From: an uncultured Trueperaceae bacterium
GTDB taxonomy: Bacteria; Deinococcota; Deinococci; Deinococcales; Trueperaceae
Assembly: GCA_963815215.1 (NCBI GenBank)
Contig: CAWFFU010000010.1
Location: forward strand, 295,863-359,862
DNA: 64,000 nucleotides
Direction of reading: 5' to 3'
Below the pieces are notes generated by a model. It was not told where the DNA came from. It did not search any database and was given only the letters and a program-made list of their open reading frames with translations. Numbering within the stretch: the first letter of the stretch is position 1; every line of letters begins with the position of its first letter. A program made the position numbers and the translations under genes. Shown here piece by piece: positions 45,325 through 57,448 of the stretch.

Positions 45325-46871
45325 CCGTGCTCCAGGCCTCGCTGGAGGGGACCGCGCGAGCATGGGATATCGCTCGGACAGCCTCACACGAGATCATCGA
45401 AGTGCCGTACCCGCTGTTGGATGTGGTCAAGGACCGCTTGGTTCGACTACTGAAGCTGCACCCGGACAGAGGCTCCGTCTCCTACGAGGTCCTCGCCGTT
45501 CTGCGACGGTATCGGTTCCGGTCGAACGTGGTGCCGGCTGCTCCCGGCTCCCCGTTGCTCTGGGGTTCAGAGACCGTCACACTGGCACTACCGCAATTGG
45601 CGAACCTTGCCGCCGAGGGTATCGGAGAGAGTGGTGCCTGGGCGGAGCTTCTAGACGCTGTCACCGACCTCCGATCGCAGAATGGGGCTTCACCTATGTG
45701 GGCTGAGCTACTGAACCGTTGGCCCACGGTGCCGCGCCCGGCTGCTCTCGTGGTGCAGCGTCACCGCGATGTCGCGGTGGTGGAGGCGCTTGCCTCCAGC
45801 CTCCCTGGGAATCCGGTGGTGGTGGCGCCCCCCGAGCTCGCGCACACATGGGACCGCGAGGTGCTAGTGGTGTTCGGTCCACCCAGGGCATACCCAGATT
45901 GGGTGTTCAACGTGCCGCGCGGTGACACCTTGTGGCTTCGGTACTCCTCCGCTAGTGACCGTCCGCCATCCCCCTCCTACCTCTCGTTCTCGGAACGAGG
46001 TCGAGACCGCACGCAGAGGACCGTCTTGTACGCCGGTCACGCGCCAGGAATCGCGCGTCCAACGGATGACCTGCCGGACGACATCGAGGACATCCTCAGG
46101 CCCACGCTCGATTGGGGGAAGGTCGCGAGGGTCAAGCAGAGCCGGCTCTCCCTTTCGGAGGAGGATGCCGAGGACGTCGTTCCGGCCATGGCGGTGATCT
46201 TCGATGGCGACGTCCCTGTCTTCCTTTCAGCCGAGCCTGGTGCTAGCGTTACGGTTCTGGACGTTGATTCTGCTGACGTGACGCACGAGAAGACCGATCG
46301 ATTGCGGCCTGGCATGTACGTCGTGCTGCGGACCCAGGGTGGCGGGGACTTCGTTCGAGAGGTCGCCGACAGGTTGCTTGGGGAGCGGGCGCGACCGCTG
46401 AGAGAGGACATCGAAGGCTGGAAACGTGACCTGCGGGCTCGACTGCGGCAGATCGGAACGCAGCCGTTCACGGACCAACTGCGGGAACAGGGCGTCGAAG
46501 TAGATCCGCAGACGGTGCGATCGTGGTCCAGGGATCACGTTATGGCACCGGGTTCCCTACAGCGGTTCAGGAGCGTGATGGTGGCGCTCGGTCGGACGGA
46601 TGTCGAAGAACGATGGGTGGTGATCGGCCGGGTGCGCGCTGCCCATCGTAGCGCCGGTCACCGTGTGCGCCAGATGCTGCTGGCTGAAGTGCGGAAGACG
46701 GACATCTCCGAGTTGCGCCGCTCGGCACGGATTGCATTCAGCTTGGAGGGTGAGCAGGGGGGGACGCTCACGGCCTTCCGGATCGAGGAGATTCCTGGGG
46801 TGTCGTTGGAAGTCCCAAGATCGCTTCTGAACCATTGGGATGAAGGAGAGGAGTCACCGTGGCCCGCATGA
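45321..46871 (+). CDS. DrmE-like protein (C-terminal half)
   Basis: VIFDG...LRPGMYVVLR...DFVREVAD...WKRDL...TVRSW...RAAHRSAG pattern and position upstream of drmA/drmB. Confidence 0.55.
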   Translation: MTVLQASLEGTARAWDIARTASHEIIEVPYPLLDVVKDRLVRLLKLHPDRGSVSYEVLAVLRRYRFRSNVVPAAPGSPLLWGSETVTLALPQLANLAAEGIGESGAWAELLDAVTDLRSQNGASPMWAELLNRWPTVPRPAALVVQRHRDVAVVEALASSLPGNPVVVAPPELAHTWDREVLVVFGPPRAYPDWVFNVPRGDTLWLRYSSASDRPPSPSYLSFSERGRDRTQRTVLYAGHAPGIARPTDDLPDDIEDILRPTLDWGKVARVKQSRLSLSEEDAEDVVPAMAVIFDGDVPVFLSAEPGASVTVLDVDSADVTHEKTDRLRPGMYVVLRTQGGGDFVREVADRLLGERARPLREDIEGWKRDLRARLRQIGTQPFTDQLREQGVEVDPQTVRSWSRDHVMAPGSLQRFRSVMVALGRTDVEERWVVIGRVRAAHRSAGHRVRQMLLAEVRKTDISELRRSARIAFSLEGEQGGTLTAFRIEEIPGVSLEVPRSLLNHWDEGEESPWPA

Positions 46872-48602
46872 TTCCACCGGTGTTCGACGAGACCATCACG
46901 GTCTCGCCCGGTGAGCGGAAGTTGTTCCGGATGTTGGAGTTGAGCCCCGAAACGGAAGGCTGGGTGGTGTTGCATTCCCAGCGCATCGCCCGCCCGAAGA
47001 GCAAGGAGCGGGGCGAGGCGGACTTCGTGGTGATGATCCCAGGCCTGGGCGTACTGGTTCTAGAGGTCAAGGCACATCACCACATCGCACGAAGGGAGGG
47101 TCGGTGGCTGTTCGGCGGTGACGCCAGTCCGGGTAAGGACCCGTTCGTCCAGGCGGAGGTCGCGATGCGCGCGCTGAAGGGCTCGGTCGACAAGGGCTTA
47201 CAGGGAAGTGGGCGCAGGGTCTTGTTCGCGGACGCGGTGGTGTTCACGCACGTCGACCAGATTCCGTCGGTTGATGAGTGGAAACAGCGTCAAGTCATCG
47301 ACGCGCGGTCTGTGACAGCAGAGAAGCTCGCTTCGGCGTTGAGACGGAGCCTGGAGTCAGCCGCGAGTGAACTCCGTCATACACACGGGTTGACCGGGTG
47401 GACGTTCGATGATGACGACATCGAGGGTGTGCTGCGGGTGTTGCGCCCGGAGTTCGATGTGACGTTGTCGCCAGCTGGCCGCCGAGCGCAGCTGCAGGAC
47501 GACCTGATTCGCTTCACCAACGAGCAGTTCGGGGCGCTCGACGCTACGAGCCTGAACCACCGTGTCGTGTTCGAAGGTCCGGCGGGGACGGGCAAGACGC
47601 TTCTGGCCGTCGAGGCAGCGAAACGGGCATTGGATGCCGGCCGTCGCGTCCTGTTGACGTGTCACAACGCTGCGCTCGCGGACCACCTGAAGTCCGTGCT
47701 ATCGGACCGGCTGGCGTCGGGCCGATTGACGGTCGGGACCCTGCACCGCGTCCTGATGTCTTTGACCGGGTCCGAGCCGCCCGAGCACGACGAACAGGCT
47801 TTCTTCGGCCGCGAGCTTCCGGAGGCCGCGCTAGAGGTGCTCCTCGAGGCAAGGGAGGATGCGGCCGCTCGAGGGTTCCTCTTCGATACGGTGATCGTCG
47901 ACGAACTACAGGATTTGGCCCAGGAGCCGTTCCTGGTCCTTTTCCCTGAGTTCCTGACTTCGGAGGATGGGACGCTCTTCGCCTTCGGCGACCTCGATAA
48001 CCAGGCGATCTTCCAGCACGAGGATGCTGAAATCCTTCGGGAGCGGATCTACGATTGCCTCGGGAAACCGGCTGGGTACAGGTTGCTCACGAACTGCCGC
48101 AACACACCACGGGTCGTGAGTTGGGTCACCGGGCTGGTAGACGTAACCCCTGCGTACAGCGGGATCCGGCGGCCGGATGACGGGGCCGATCCTGAGCTCG
48201 TGGTGGTGCCGGAGGAGGACCAGCCTGCGCAGCTCGTGAAGGTTCTCGATTCCCTGCTCGCAAGCGGCTACCGGGCCGAGGAAGATCGTGGTCTTGTCCG
48301 TAGTGAGTGACCAACACAGCCTCGCCCGGCGTGTCGAGGCGCCCAACTGGCGGAACCGCCTCCGACCGCTTGCGAGAGCCTCAACGGGGGTCGTCGGGTA
48401 CACCAGTGTCTACCGGTTCAAAGGCCTCGAGAGCCGCGTGGTCGTTCTCACCGATGTGGCCGGCATCGATGGCGAGAATCGGGAGGCTCTATACGTGGGA
48501 CTGACCCGCGCAGTTGAAACGATCGTGATCATGACATCGCCTGCTGTGGTGCCTTTCATGCTCGCCAGGCTGCGTCGGGCCCACGCTGGGGTCGCTGCAT
48601 GA
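46859..48602 (+). CDS. NERD nuclease - superfamily 1 helicase fusion (frameshift near 48285)
   Basis: GE..LF, VLHS, EADFVV...VLEVK; GPAGTGKT, IVDELQD, NCRN, then RFKGLE and LYVGLTRA in the next frame. Confidence 0.88.
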
Positions 48603-51600
48603 GCCCTGACCGGGGTGTGCGGGCACGTCGCACCATGCTCGCCGGCATACGGCGCGAGATGCTGGGACCCGCAGGTTGCGGCCACGCTCTCAACATCACC
48701 ACAGGGGTCACGCATGCGGAGGACGCGTATCTCCCTTTCGTGGATGCGGAAACCGGAGAGGAAGTGCTCACGGTCGAATTTCCGCTTCAGCGGTACGGCC
48801 TGGGCGTTCTCTTCCCGAAGGAGGAGGCCGACCTAGGATCGCGACCGTAGGTGAACAGCCCGAAGGTGAGGTTGAGACCCCTGAGGCGACGGAAGAATTC
48901 GGGACGGACGAAGGCGTATCCGAGAAGGCCGATCAGGGCTTGACAGCGATGGGCAATCACGTTGGGGGTAGGTCTGAGCCCGGGGAAGATGACCTTCCAG
49001 ATCTGGTCGATACCGCAAGGAGGCGCCCATCCAGCATGGCGGTGAGCTTCCGCTTGCGACGCGGCGCGGATTGCCTGATTCGAGCCGTGTTGCCAGAGCG
49101 GGAGCCGGGGACGCCTTTCCCCGTCAACGGGCGGTACCGCCCGTTCGAAGCTGAGGCGGCGAAGAACGGGAACGGCCGCCATTTCAAGTGGTGGGTTCGG
49201 CGTCAACTGTCAGGGGCCGACACCTTCCGCGTTCCTGCGTCCCTCGCGGTCGGGGAGCGGGTTCCACTGGAGTCGGTGGAACGTGTGCGGCAGGGTGATA
49301 CCGACGGGCTCGACGTCCGGTTCCACGCTTTCGCTCGGCGCTTCCCGGGTGGCGAGCCCGGCGACCTGATCCTCAACGGTCGTGCTCTCGAACCATACGC
49401 CGTCGGGTGGCGGACTGCGGGACGCGGGATGCCTTTTCCAGTCGTACTTCGAAGTGGACGTTGCCGAGGACGGGGGCACCGAGTTCGCGGCCCTTCCCGG
49501 AACGGCCGCCTCGGATTCTACAGGCGAGTCGCTCCGCTTGATCTACAGGGAGGCACGAACGTTCGCGGTGGGCCACGGGTGTGCGGCAGATTGGCGCAGC
49601 GATCGGAGTTCCGTCAAAGCGGTGATCGCGACGAGCTTCCCCGGGTTCGAGGTGGGGAGCATGACGCCAGATCTCCGGGACGATGTCGGAGAGCCACTGA
49701 CCGTTCCGATGGGAGAGCTGGCGGGGCTGGTCACGAGTCCCGACCAGTTCGCACAGCTCGATCGGGTCGTCGAGAGCTACGGAGCCTGGATCCGTGGCCT
49801 GGAGCTTGAAGCGGCGTCGTTGGATGAGACTGAGCGAGTGCAGGCGAAGCTCCACATCGAGCGGGCGCGCGAGGCGGAGGTTCGGATGCGGGAGGGTATC
49901 GACCTTCTCCGAACCGACCCGCAGGTCCGAAGGGCCTTCGAGCTCGCGAACCATGCGATGCTTCTACAGCAGGTCCAGACGAACAAGGAGCCACGCTCGG
50001 TGACCGTCGGGAGGGGGGCGCCGAATTTCACCCCACCCTACGCAGCGCCGAACGTAGCGGTGCCGCCACGCGGCCGCGGGAACTGGCGACCGTTCCAGAT
50101 CGGTTTCCTCCTCGCATCGCTGGCATCAACGGGATTCCGCGATCACGAGGACCGCGAGCTCGTGGATCTGATTTGGTTCCCTACCGGGGGCGGCAAGACG
50201 GAGGCCTACCTCGGTCTCACGGCCTTCTCGGCCTTCCTGCGGCGAATCAGGGCGCCTGGCGATTCGGGTACGGACACGTTGATGCGCTACACCTTGCGCC
50301 TTCTGACAGCGCAGCAGTACGAACGAGCTGCGGCCTTGATTTGCTCCATGGATGTCATCAGGATGGATCGTGTCGATGAGCTCGGGAGCGCACCGTTCTC
50401 GATCGGGCTCTGGGTGGGTGGCGGCACGACCAGCAACAACTGGACGGACGCCAAGTCGGCGCTGAGGAAGCTCGCCGATCCCAAGCGAAGGCGGTCGGCC
50501 CCGAACCCATTCCTTGTCACCCGGTGTCCATGGTGCGGCTGTGAGATGGGACCGCGCGCTCATCGGCCGTACGTACTCGGCTACCACCTCGAGCAGAACA
50601 AGAGGGTCGTGTTCCGTTGCCCTGACCCGGCGTGTCCTTTCCACGAGGGGCTACCACTCCACGTGGTCGACGAGGACCTCTACGAGAGCCGACCAACCCT
50701 GGTGATCGGGACGGTCGACAAGTTCGCCCGGTTGAGCTGGTCAGAACGGCCGCGCTCGTTGTTCGGCCTCGGTGAGGATGGCCACCGGGAGTTGCCTCCA
50801 CCCAACCTCATCATCCAGGACGAACTCCACCTCATCTCTGGTCCGCTGGGCACCATGGTCGGGCACTTCGAGGTCCTCGTGGAGCGCCTGTGTCAGGGAG
50901 GGACGGGCGGCGACCGGAAGCCGAAGATTGTGTGCTCGACCGCCACCGTCCGGAACTACGAGGATCAGATTCGCTGGCTGTTCGGGCGGCCACGATCGCG
51001 CGTCTTCCCTCCGCCTGGAGTGGACGTGGATGACAGCTTCTTCGGTATTCGAGCTAGGAGCGCAGACGGGCGGCCGGCCCCCGGTCGCCTCTACGTGGGC
51101 CTGTACGCTCCCGTCCTCGGGTCCCACATGAACGTGCAAATCCGGGCTTACGCGGCCGTCCTGCAAGCGGCGATGGGGTTGCCTGAGCGAGAGCGTGACG
51201 CGTACTGGACTTTGATGGGCTTCTTCAACTCGCTGCGCGACCTCGGCTCCACGACCACCCTGCTACGCGACCAAATCCAGGGGCATCTCACCATCATGTG
51301 GACGCGGGCTGGGCTCCGAAGAGAGGACCGCCGTGACGCGAGACGAACGATCCACGAGGTCATCGAGCTGACGAGCCGGCTGCGCAGCGAGGAGGTCCCA
51401 GCCGCGCTTGCGCGCCTCTCCACTCCCTACGAAGGCGAGAAGTCCACGGCGGTCGACACGTGTCTAGCGTCAAGCATGATCGAGGTTGGCATCGATGTCG
51501 AGCGGCTCGGCCTCATGGTCGTGACGGGCCAGCCGAAGACGACCTCACAGTACATCCAAGTGACGGGCCGCGTAGGTAGGCGCTGGTGGGACCGACCAGG

Positions 51601-52123
51601 GCTGGTGGTTGTTGTGTACGCGCCTTCACGAGCGCGCGATCGGTCCGTCTTCGAGGGATTCCGTGCCTTCCACGAGCGTCTCTACGCCGCCGTCGAGCCA
51701 ACGAGCGTCACGCCCTTCGCGCTGCCAACCCTGAATCGTGCGATGCATGGTGTACTGGTCGGATACGCAAGGCAACTCCTCGATACCCGGGAACTGGCCA
51801 GCCCGACCGACGTCAACCTGGACGACTTGCATGAGTTCCTGGAGGTGCTCCGGGAACGGTCAAGAGTCGTCGATCCTGGCGCCGAGGAGATGGTCGCGGA
51901 CCAGTTCGACAAGCTCCTGAGGCAGTGGGAACTCCGTGCGCCCACGCGCTGGGAGAACTGGCAAGACCCTGACGATTCCAACGTCCTCCAGGTGAGCGCA
52001 TCGAGCGCGGCGGGGCGCGAGCGCGAAGGTGGGCCCTGGCGCACCCCGAACTCCATGCGGAACGTGGATGCGGAGTGCGTCATCGATACCCGGATCGCGC
52101 AGGACATCGAGGCGGCCAGCTGA
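48599..52123 (+). CDS. DISARM DrmA-like SF2 helicase (frameshifts near 48838 and 49374)
   Basis: WRPFQ, LIWFPTGGGKTEAY, RYTLRLLTAQQ, CPWCG, IIQDELHLISGPLG and GQPKTTSQYIQVTGRVGR. Confidence 0.88.
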
Positions 52124-53975
52124 TGTTCAGCCAAGACAGCATCAGGAGGGGCCACCTGATTTACGGCGCAGGGGTGGGGGGCCTGACGGTCCTCAAGAAC
52201 GGTACATCGGTCATCTGCGCAGGACTCGACTATTGGTTCAAAGACCGAGATGGCCGCGTGAGCGACACGGTTAACTCCAACGAGCTCGACGAGTGGCGCT
52301 TGAAGGCTCGCTTGCGAGTGCGCTCCCTCCGGCAGCCTCCAGCCCCAACCGAGACCATCGGCAACGAGTCCAAGGGGCCGGCGAACAGTGTCGTCGTTCC
52401 GTTCCTGCGATTCCCGCAGTGGCACGTCTGCCCCCGCTGCAGGAGCCTGGAGTTCGTTCAGGAGCCGGAGCGCCGATGCCGCCGAGTGCTCGCGCTGCAG
52501 GGCCAAGAACAAACACAAGAGCTTCCTGATCCAGGTTCCAATCGTGACGGCTTGTAAGGCGGGACACCTCGACGAGTTCCCCTGGCAGGCGTGGATCGGA
52601 TGTCAGTGCGAAACGCCCCGGATGACGTTGAAGCAGAGCGGTGGCGCGGGGCTAGCCAACTTCAAGGTGCGATGCGATTCCTGCGGGAAGGTCAAGGGGC
52701 TGCGGGGAGCCCTTGGCGAGGACAGCCTCGGCGTTTGCCATGGTGAACGCCCCTGGCTCCTGGGAGCTGAGCAGGAGGCATGTGATGAGTCGCTACAGGG
52801 TGTCCTCCGGAATTCGTCGAACACGTACTTCCCCGATGTGGTGTCGTCCGTGTACGTCCCCCCGGACGCTTCCGGCGCCCCGCCGAAACTCGTCGAGCAC
52901 CTGATGAGCGAAGACTTCTCGATGACGCTAGGAATTCTGAGGCAGCTGCCTGAGCCACAGCGTCTCGAAACCCTGATCCAGTACGGTGACGGGTTCGTCC
53001 GGGACCACTCGCGGGAACAAGTCGATGCGGCGATGAAGCTGGTGCTTGCGGACCGTGAGGTGGCGTCGGTCGCTGCCTCCAGCGAGGTCGATTACCGCCA
53101 ACGCGAGTACGACATCCTGAGGTCGACGGTGGTACACGAGCGGCTCCGAGTTCGTGTCGCCCCGAGCGAGAACTACGAAGCCGCTGTCCGCACCTCAGGC
53201 ATCGCAGCCATCTCCTTGGTCGACCAGCTCGTGGTGACGAAGGCACTCGCTGGCTTCAGCAGGGTGCTCCCCAGAGCGTACAGCGGAGGCGACGAGGGCG
53301 CCCGGCTGCTCTGGAAAGAACTACCTCAACGCAAGCATCGATGGCTCCCAGCTGTCCAGGTCCGGGGCGAGGGCATCCTCATCACCTTGGAAGAGAGCCG
53401 TCTGCATGCTTGGGAAGCGCGCGACAGCGTTCGGACCCGCTACGCGACCGTGATCGGCAGCGCGGAGGAGGCTCGCTTCGCACCCCACCAGATCGCGGAG
53501 TTCTCACCGCGCCTGTTCCTACTCCACACGCTTTCGCATCTGGTCGATCAACCGACTCGTGTTCCACGCCGGCTACTCGGCCGCATCCCTCGCGGAGCGC
53601 ATCTACTGCCGTCAACCGGGCGGTGACGTCGCACCGATGGCGGGTGTACTGATCTACACGGCGGCCGGTGATGCGGACGGAACGCTCGGCGGGCTCGTCA
53701 GGCTCGGAGAGCCGGCGGTTCTGGAAGGAGTGCTCCGAGATGCGGTGGATACGGCCAGGTGGTGCAGCAACGATCCCGTATGCATGGAGGTCGGCAGGCA
53801 GGGACCGGACGGCTTGAATTTGGCCGCGTGCCACGCCTGTGCGCATGTTCCAGAGACGGCTTGTGAGGCCTTCAACGTCATGATGGACCGAGGCGCCGTG
53901 GTGGGAACCCTAGAAGACCCCACACTCGGCTTCTTCTCAGGCACGCCGCTGCTGGAGGGTGTGAAGCATGCATGA
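52123..53975 (+). CDS. DISARM DrmB-like DUF1998 protein (frameshifts near 52470 and 53546)
   Basis: CKAGHLDEFPW, LLHTLSHL, YSAASLAERIY, GTLGGL, CSNDPVC and ACHACAHVPETACE. Confidence 0.88.
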
Positions 53976-54718
53976 TCGGCGGACAGGTGCGGGACCATCG
54001 CGGTCGTGAGCGTGTCGCGTTCCTCAGGCGAACCCTCGTGCGGGAGGGGCGAACCCACGATGGTACCTACCCCTGGCATCGCACCACGAACCCGTACCTC
54101 ATCCTCATCGCTGAGCTCCTGCTGAAGAGGACCAAGAGGGTCGTCGTTGCTCGCGTCTTCGACGTGTTCGCCGGAGCGTACCCTACGGCCGCAGACCTCG
54201 CCGCAGCTGACCCCGATGCGCTCTACGAGCGTATCCGACCGGTCGGATTGGCGCGCCGCACGAAGCGCTTGCCGCAAGTCGGCGCAGCTATCGTCGCTAA
54301 CGGGGGAGTACCCTCGGATCGGATTGCGCTGCTCCGATTCCCTGAGGTGGGAGCCTACGTTGCGGATGCCACCCGTCTCTACGCGTTCTCCGAGCCGTGC
54401 TTCCCTTTGGACCGGAACGCCCAGCGCGTCCTACGCCGTTCCATCGACGGGTGCCATCCCGATCGAACGGTGGACCCTTACGAGGATGCCCACGTGGTCG
54501 AGGCGGTGGTCAACCTGACCGCCGGCGCGTCGGTCGGAAAGGTGCGGGCGTTGCACCAAGGTCTCCTCTCCGTGGCTTGGAGTCACTGCGGTCCGCGTCC
54601 GCGGTGCTCCGGTTGTCCGCTACGTTCGGCTTGCTGGTGGGCGCTGGAGTCCAGTGCAGCCCACGAGGCCGGTGATGGGCCGGACGAAGGATCAACCAAC
54701 GTGGAGGGGGGCCCATGA
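53972..54718 (+). CDS. HhH-GPD DNA glycosylase, Mig (T:G mismatch)-like, with Fe-S cluster motif
   Basis: YPW..TTNPYLILIAELLLKRT, HhH LLRFPEVGAY, LDRN and C-terminal CGPRPRCSGCPLRSAC. Confidence 0.8.
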   Translation: MIGGQVRDHRGRERVAFLRRTLVREGRTHDGTYPWHRTTNPYLILIAELLLKRTKRVVVARVFDVFAGAYPTAADLAAADPDALYERIRPVGLARRTKRLPQVGAAIVANGGVPSDRIALLRFPEVGAYVADATRLYAFSEPCFPLDRNAQRVLRRSIDGCHPDRTVDPYEDAHVVEAVVNLTAGASVGKVRALHQGLLSVAWSHCGPRPRCSGCPLRSACWWALESSAAHEAGDGPDEGSTNVEGGP

Positions 54719-56125
54719 CCAACCTCCCGTACAATCCGAGCGACGCGACCGACATCCTCCGCTATGCGCGCAGGCTCGATCGGGCGCACGCTCCGACAGG
54801 TCCTTGGGGACGAGGTTGCCAACCATGGCATCGCCGGCAAGGGTAGGTTCGGCCAGGTTCTCGAGACGCGCTACTTCCGGTACCCGCTGAACTCCGAGAG
54901 TCGCCCGGACTTCGCTGACGCAGGGCTGGAGCTAAAAGCCACAGGCTTGGTGCCTGATGGCCACGGAAGTTGGAAAGCCAAGGAGAGGGTGAAGCTCAAC
55001 GCCATCAACTTCCACGAGGTGAGCAGCGAGGATTTCTGGTCGAGCACCTTCCTCCGGAAGAACCTCAGCATCCTGCTTATCTGCTACGCGTACGAGAAGG
55101 GTCAGTTGGCGGTCGACAACATGGTGGAGCTCGTGGACAACTGGCGGATTCCCGAGCAGGACCTCATCCAGATCGAACGTGAGTGGAACCTCATCGTCGA
55201 TCTAGTCCGCGAAGGCCGAGCTCACGAGCTTTCCGAGAGCCTGACGAACTACATCGGTGCTTGCACCACCGGCCAAGGTGGGGGTCGCGATCTCCAGGAG
55301 CAGCCGTGCTCGGATGTGCTCGCGAAGAGGAGGGCGTTCTCCTTCAAGCAACCCTACGTTACGCGCATCGTCAGGGAGTTCGTCGCACGGGAGGACCGTC
55401 GTCGCGCGAAGGTGCGTGGGGGATCGTTGGTCACGAGTCTCGACGAGTTGCGGGAAGCGGGATCGATCGAACATCTGGCCCTCCGCAGGTTCGAACCGCA
55501 CCTCGGCAGGACCGAAGCTGACATCACGAGGGAATTCGGCATACGGGTCCCGCACAGCAAGAACCGGCGGGAGACTCTGAACTTGGCCATCCTGGGTGTA
55601 CGGGGCACGAGGAGGGTCGACGAGTTCGACAAGGCAGGCATCACCATGCGCTCGTTCACATTGCGGATGGGCACTCGGCTCCCCAAGGAAGACTTCCCAC
55701 TCCCGGCGTTCGAGTTCTCCGACCTGAGCGATGAACGATGGGGGACGTCAGCGCTGCGAACGCACCTGCTGAATCGCTTCCTGACCGTCTTCTACATGCT
55801 CGACGGAACCGGCACCTACACCCTGAAGGATGCCGTGTTCTGGGCGTTCCCCGAGTCCGAGCTCGACGGAGCAGTCCGCGAGACCTGGGTGAGGACGGTT
55901 CGGCTGGTCCGTCAAGGGCGCATCGATGGGCTCCCGAAAGCGGCGGACACGCACCTTGTGTTCCTCCGGACCCACGGGCGGGACAGCAGGGACACATCAC
56001 GCTTGCCGGACGGGAGAGCGTTCCCCAGAGTATCGTTCTGGCTCTACCGGGCCTACCTGAAGCGGGTGTTCGAAGATGTAGGCACATACCCAATCCGGGC
56101 GAGCGCGATCCAAGGCGCCAGGTAG
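54715..56125 (+). CDS. Sau3AI/MutH-family restriction endonuclease (frameshift near 54778)
   Basis: KGRFGQVLE, NSESRPDF...GLELKAT, AHELSESLTNYIGACT and RAFSFK, plus a second MutH-like domain; ATG at 54715 overlaps the upstream stop. Confidence 0.88.
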
Positions 56126-56136
56126 AATGACCACCT

Positions 56137-57438
56137 ATGGGTCACCGGGTGGATATCAGGGTAGCCGAACTCTTCGCCGGTGTGGGAGGGTTCCGCCTTG
56201 GTCTTGAACGGGCGAGCATGAACGGTGCCCGTGTAGATTTCCGCGTGGTTTGGAGCAACCAGTGGGAGCCATCCACCAAGAAGCAGCATGCGTCGGACCT
56301 TTACGTGTCCCGCTTCGGACCGGAGGGCCACGCGAACGTTGATATCAAGAATGTCGAAGCAGCGGACATCCCCGACCACGATCTTCTGGTGGGGGGCTTC
56401 CCGTGCCAGGACTACTCGGTCGCTCGAACGCTGAACCAGGCCGCTGGCCTTGTCGGCAAGAAGGGCGTTCTCTGGTGGGAGATTCATCGTGTCCTCAAGG
56501 AGAAGGGTGAGGCAAGGGCCAGCTTCCTTCTGCTTGAGAACGTCGATCGCCTCCTGAAGTCTCCCGCGACCCAACGTGGCCGCGACTTCGCCATCATGCT
56601 CGCTTCCCTCCTGGATCTTGGCTACGTTGTCGAGTGGCGGGTCATCAACGCCGCGGACTACGGGATGCCACAACGTAGACGCAGGGTGTTCGTCCTCGCG
56701 TACCTGGGGCGGAGTGGTCCCGGGGGGTCAGCTCTGGGAACGGAGCCGGCCGAGTGGGTGTTGGACGCTGGGCCACTCGCGCGGGCCTTCCCCGTCCAGG
56801 CCGAGCAGGGGCTGCCGCTGCCGATCGAAATCGAAGGCGATCTCGCACAAGTCTCCGACGGCTTCAACGTTGGCAGCCGGGCCTCACCCTTCCAGAACGC
56901 GGGCATCGCGATGCGGTCGGGGGACAAGCGGCTCGTGTGGACGCTCAAGGGTCGGCCATCGTACGAGGGCGAGAGAACGACACTGGGCGATGTACTCGTG
57001 CCGGAACAGGATGTGCCGGCCTCGTTCTTCCTCCGTGAGAATGAACTCGAGCAGTGGACGTTCCTCAAAGGAGCGAAGTCGCTGGAGAGAACCAGCCGCA
57101 GCAGCGGTCATCGGTATCGCTACACGGAGGGAGGGATGGCCTTCCCGGAACCCCTCGATCGCGCTTCGCGGACCGTCGTAACGGGAGAGGGTGGCAGGTC
57201 TCCATCGCGGTTCAAGCACGTGGTGAAGACCCCCACCGGTAGGTATAGGCGTCTCACGCCTGTGGAGCTTGAGCGGTTGAACATGTTCCCCGATGAGCAC
57301 ACGGCTGGGGTGAGCCAGGTCAGGAGGGCATTCCTGATGGGGAACGCGCTCGTAGTGGGTGTCGTGGAGGCTATCGCCACGGAACTGGGTGTGGTCGTGA
57401 ACGAGACGTCCAGGGAAGTCGCCGGCGCCCGCGGCTGA
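56137..57438 (+). CDS. C5 cytosine DNA methyltransferase, M.Sau3AI-like (GATC)
   Basis: [43 protein letters not shown] and MGNAL motifs. Confidence 0.93.
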   Translation: MGHRVDIRVAELFAGVGGFRLGLERASMNGARVDFRVVWSNQWEPSTKKQHASDLYVSRFGPEGHANVDIKNVEAADIPDHDLLVGGFPCQDYSVARTLNQAAGLVGKKGVLWWEIHRVLKEKGEARASFLLLENVDRLLKSPATQRGRDFAIMLASLLDLGYVVEWRVINAADYGMPQRRRRVFVLAYLGRSGPGGSALGTEPAEWVLDAGPLARAFPVQAEQGLPLPIEIEGDLAQVSDGFNVGSRASPFQNAGIAMRSGDKRLVWTLKGRPSYEGERTTLGDVLVPEQDVPASFFLRENELEQWTFLKGAKSLERTSRSSGHRYRYTEGGMAFPEPLDRASRTVVTGEGGRSPSRFKHVVKTPTGRYRRLTPVELERLNMFPDEHTAGVSQVRRAFLMGNALVVGVVEAIATELGVVVNETSREVAGARG

Positions 57439-57448
57439 AGAGACTTGC

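Noticed and set aside
34349..56125. Programmed ribosomal frameshifting or phase variation as the cause of the split genes
   Set aside because: No consistent slippery heptamers or long homopolymers; both insertions and deletions occur; clustering at GATC fits sequencing error better.
48599..57438. Calling the locus a canonical DISARM class II, Druantia or Dpd system
   Set aside because: No drmC follows drmB, the methylase is Sau3AI-like with its own endonuclease, DUF1998 is a separate gene rather than fused as in DruE, and no dpdA/tgt-like gene is present.
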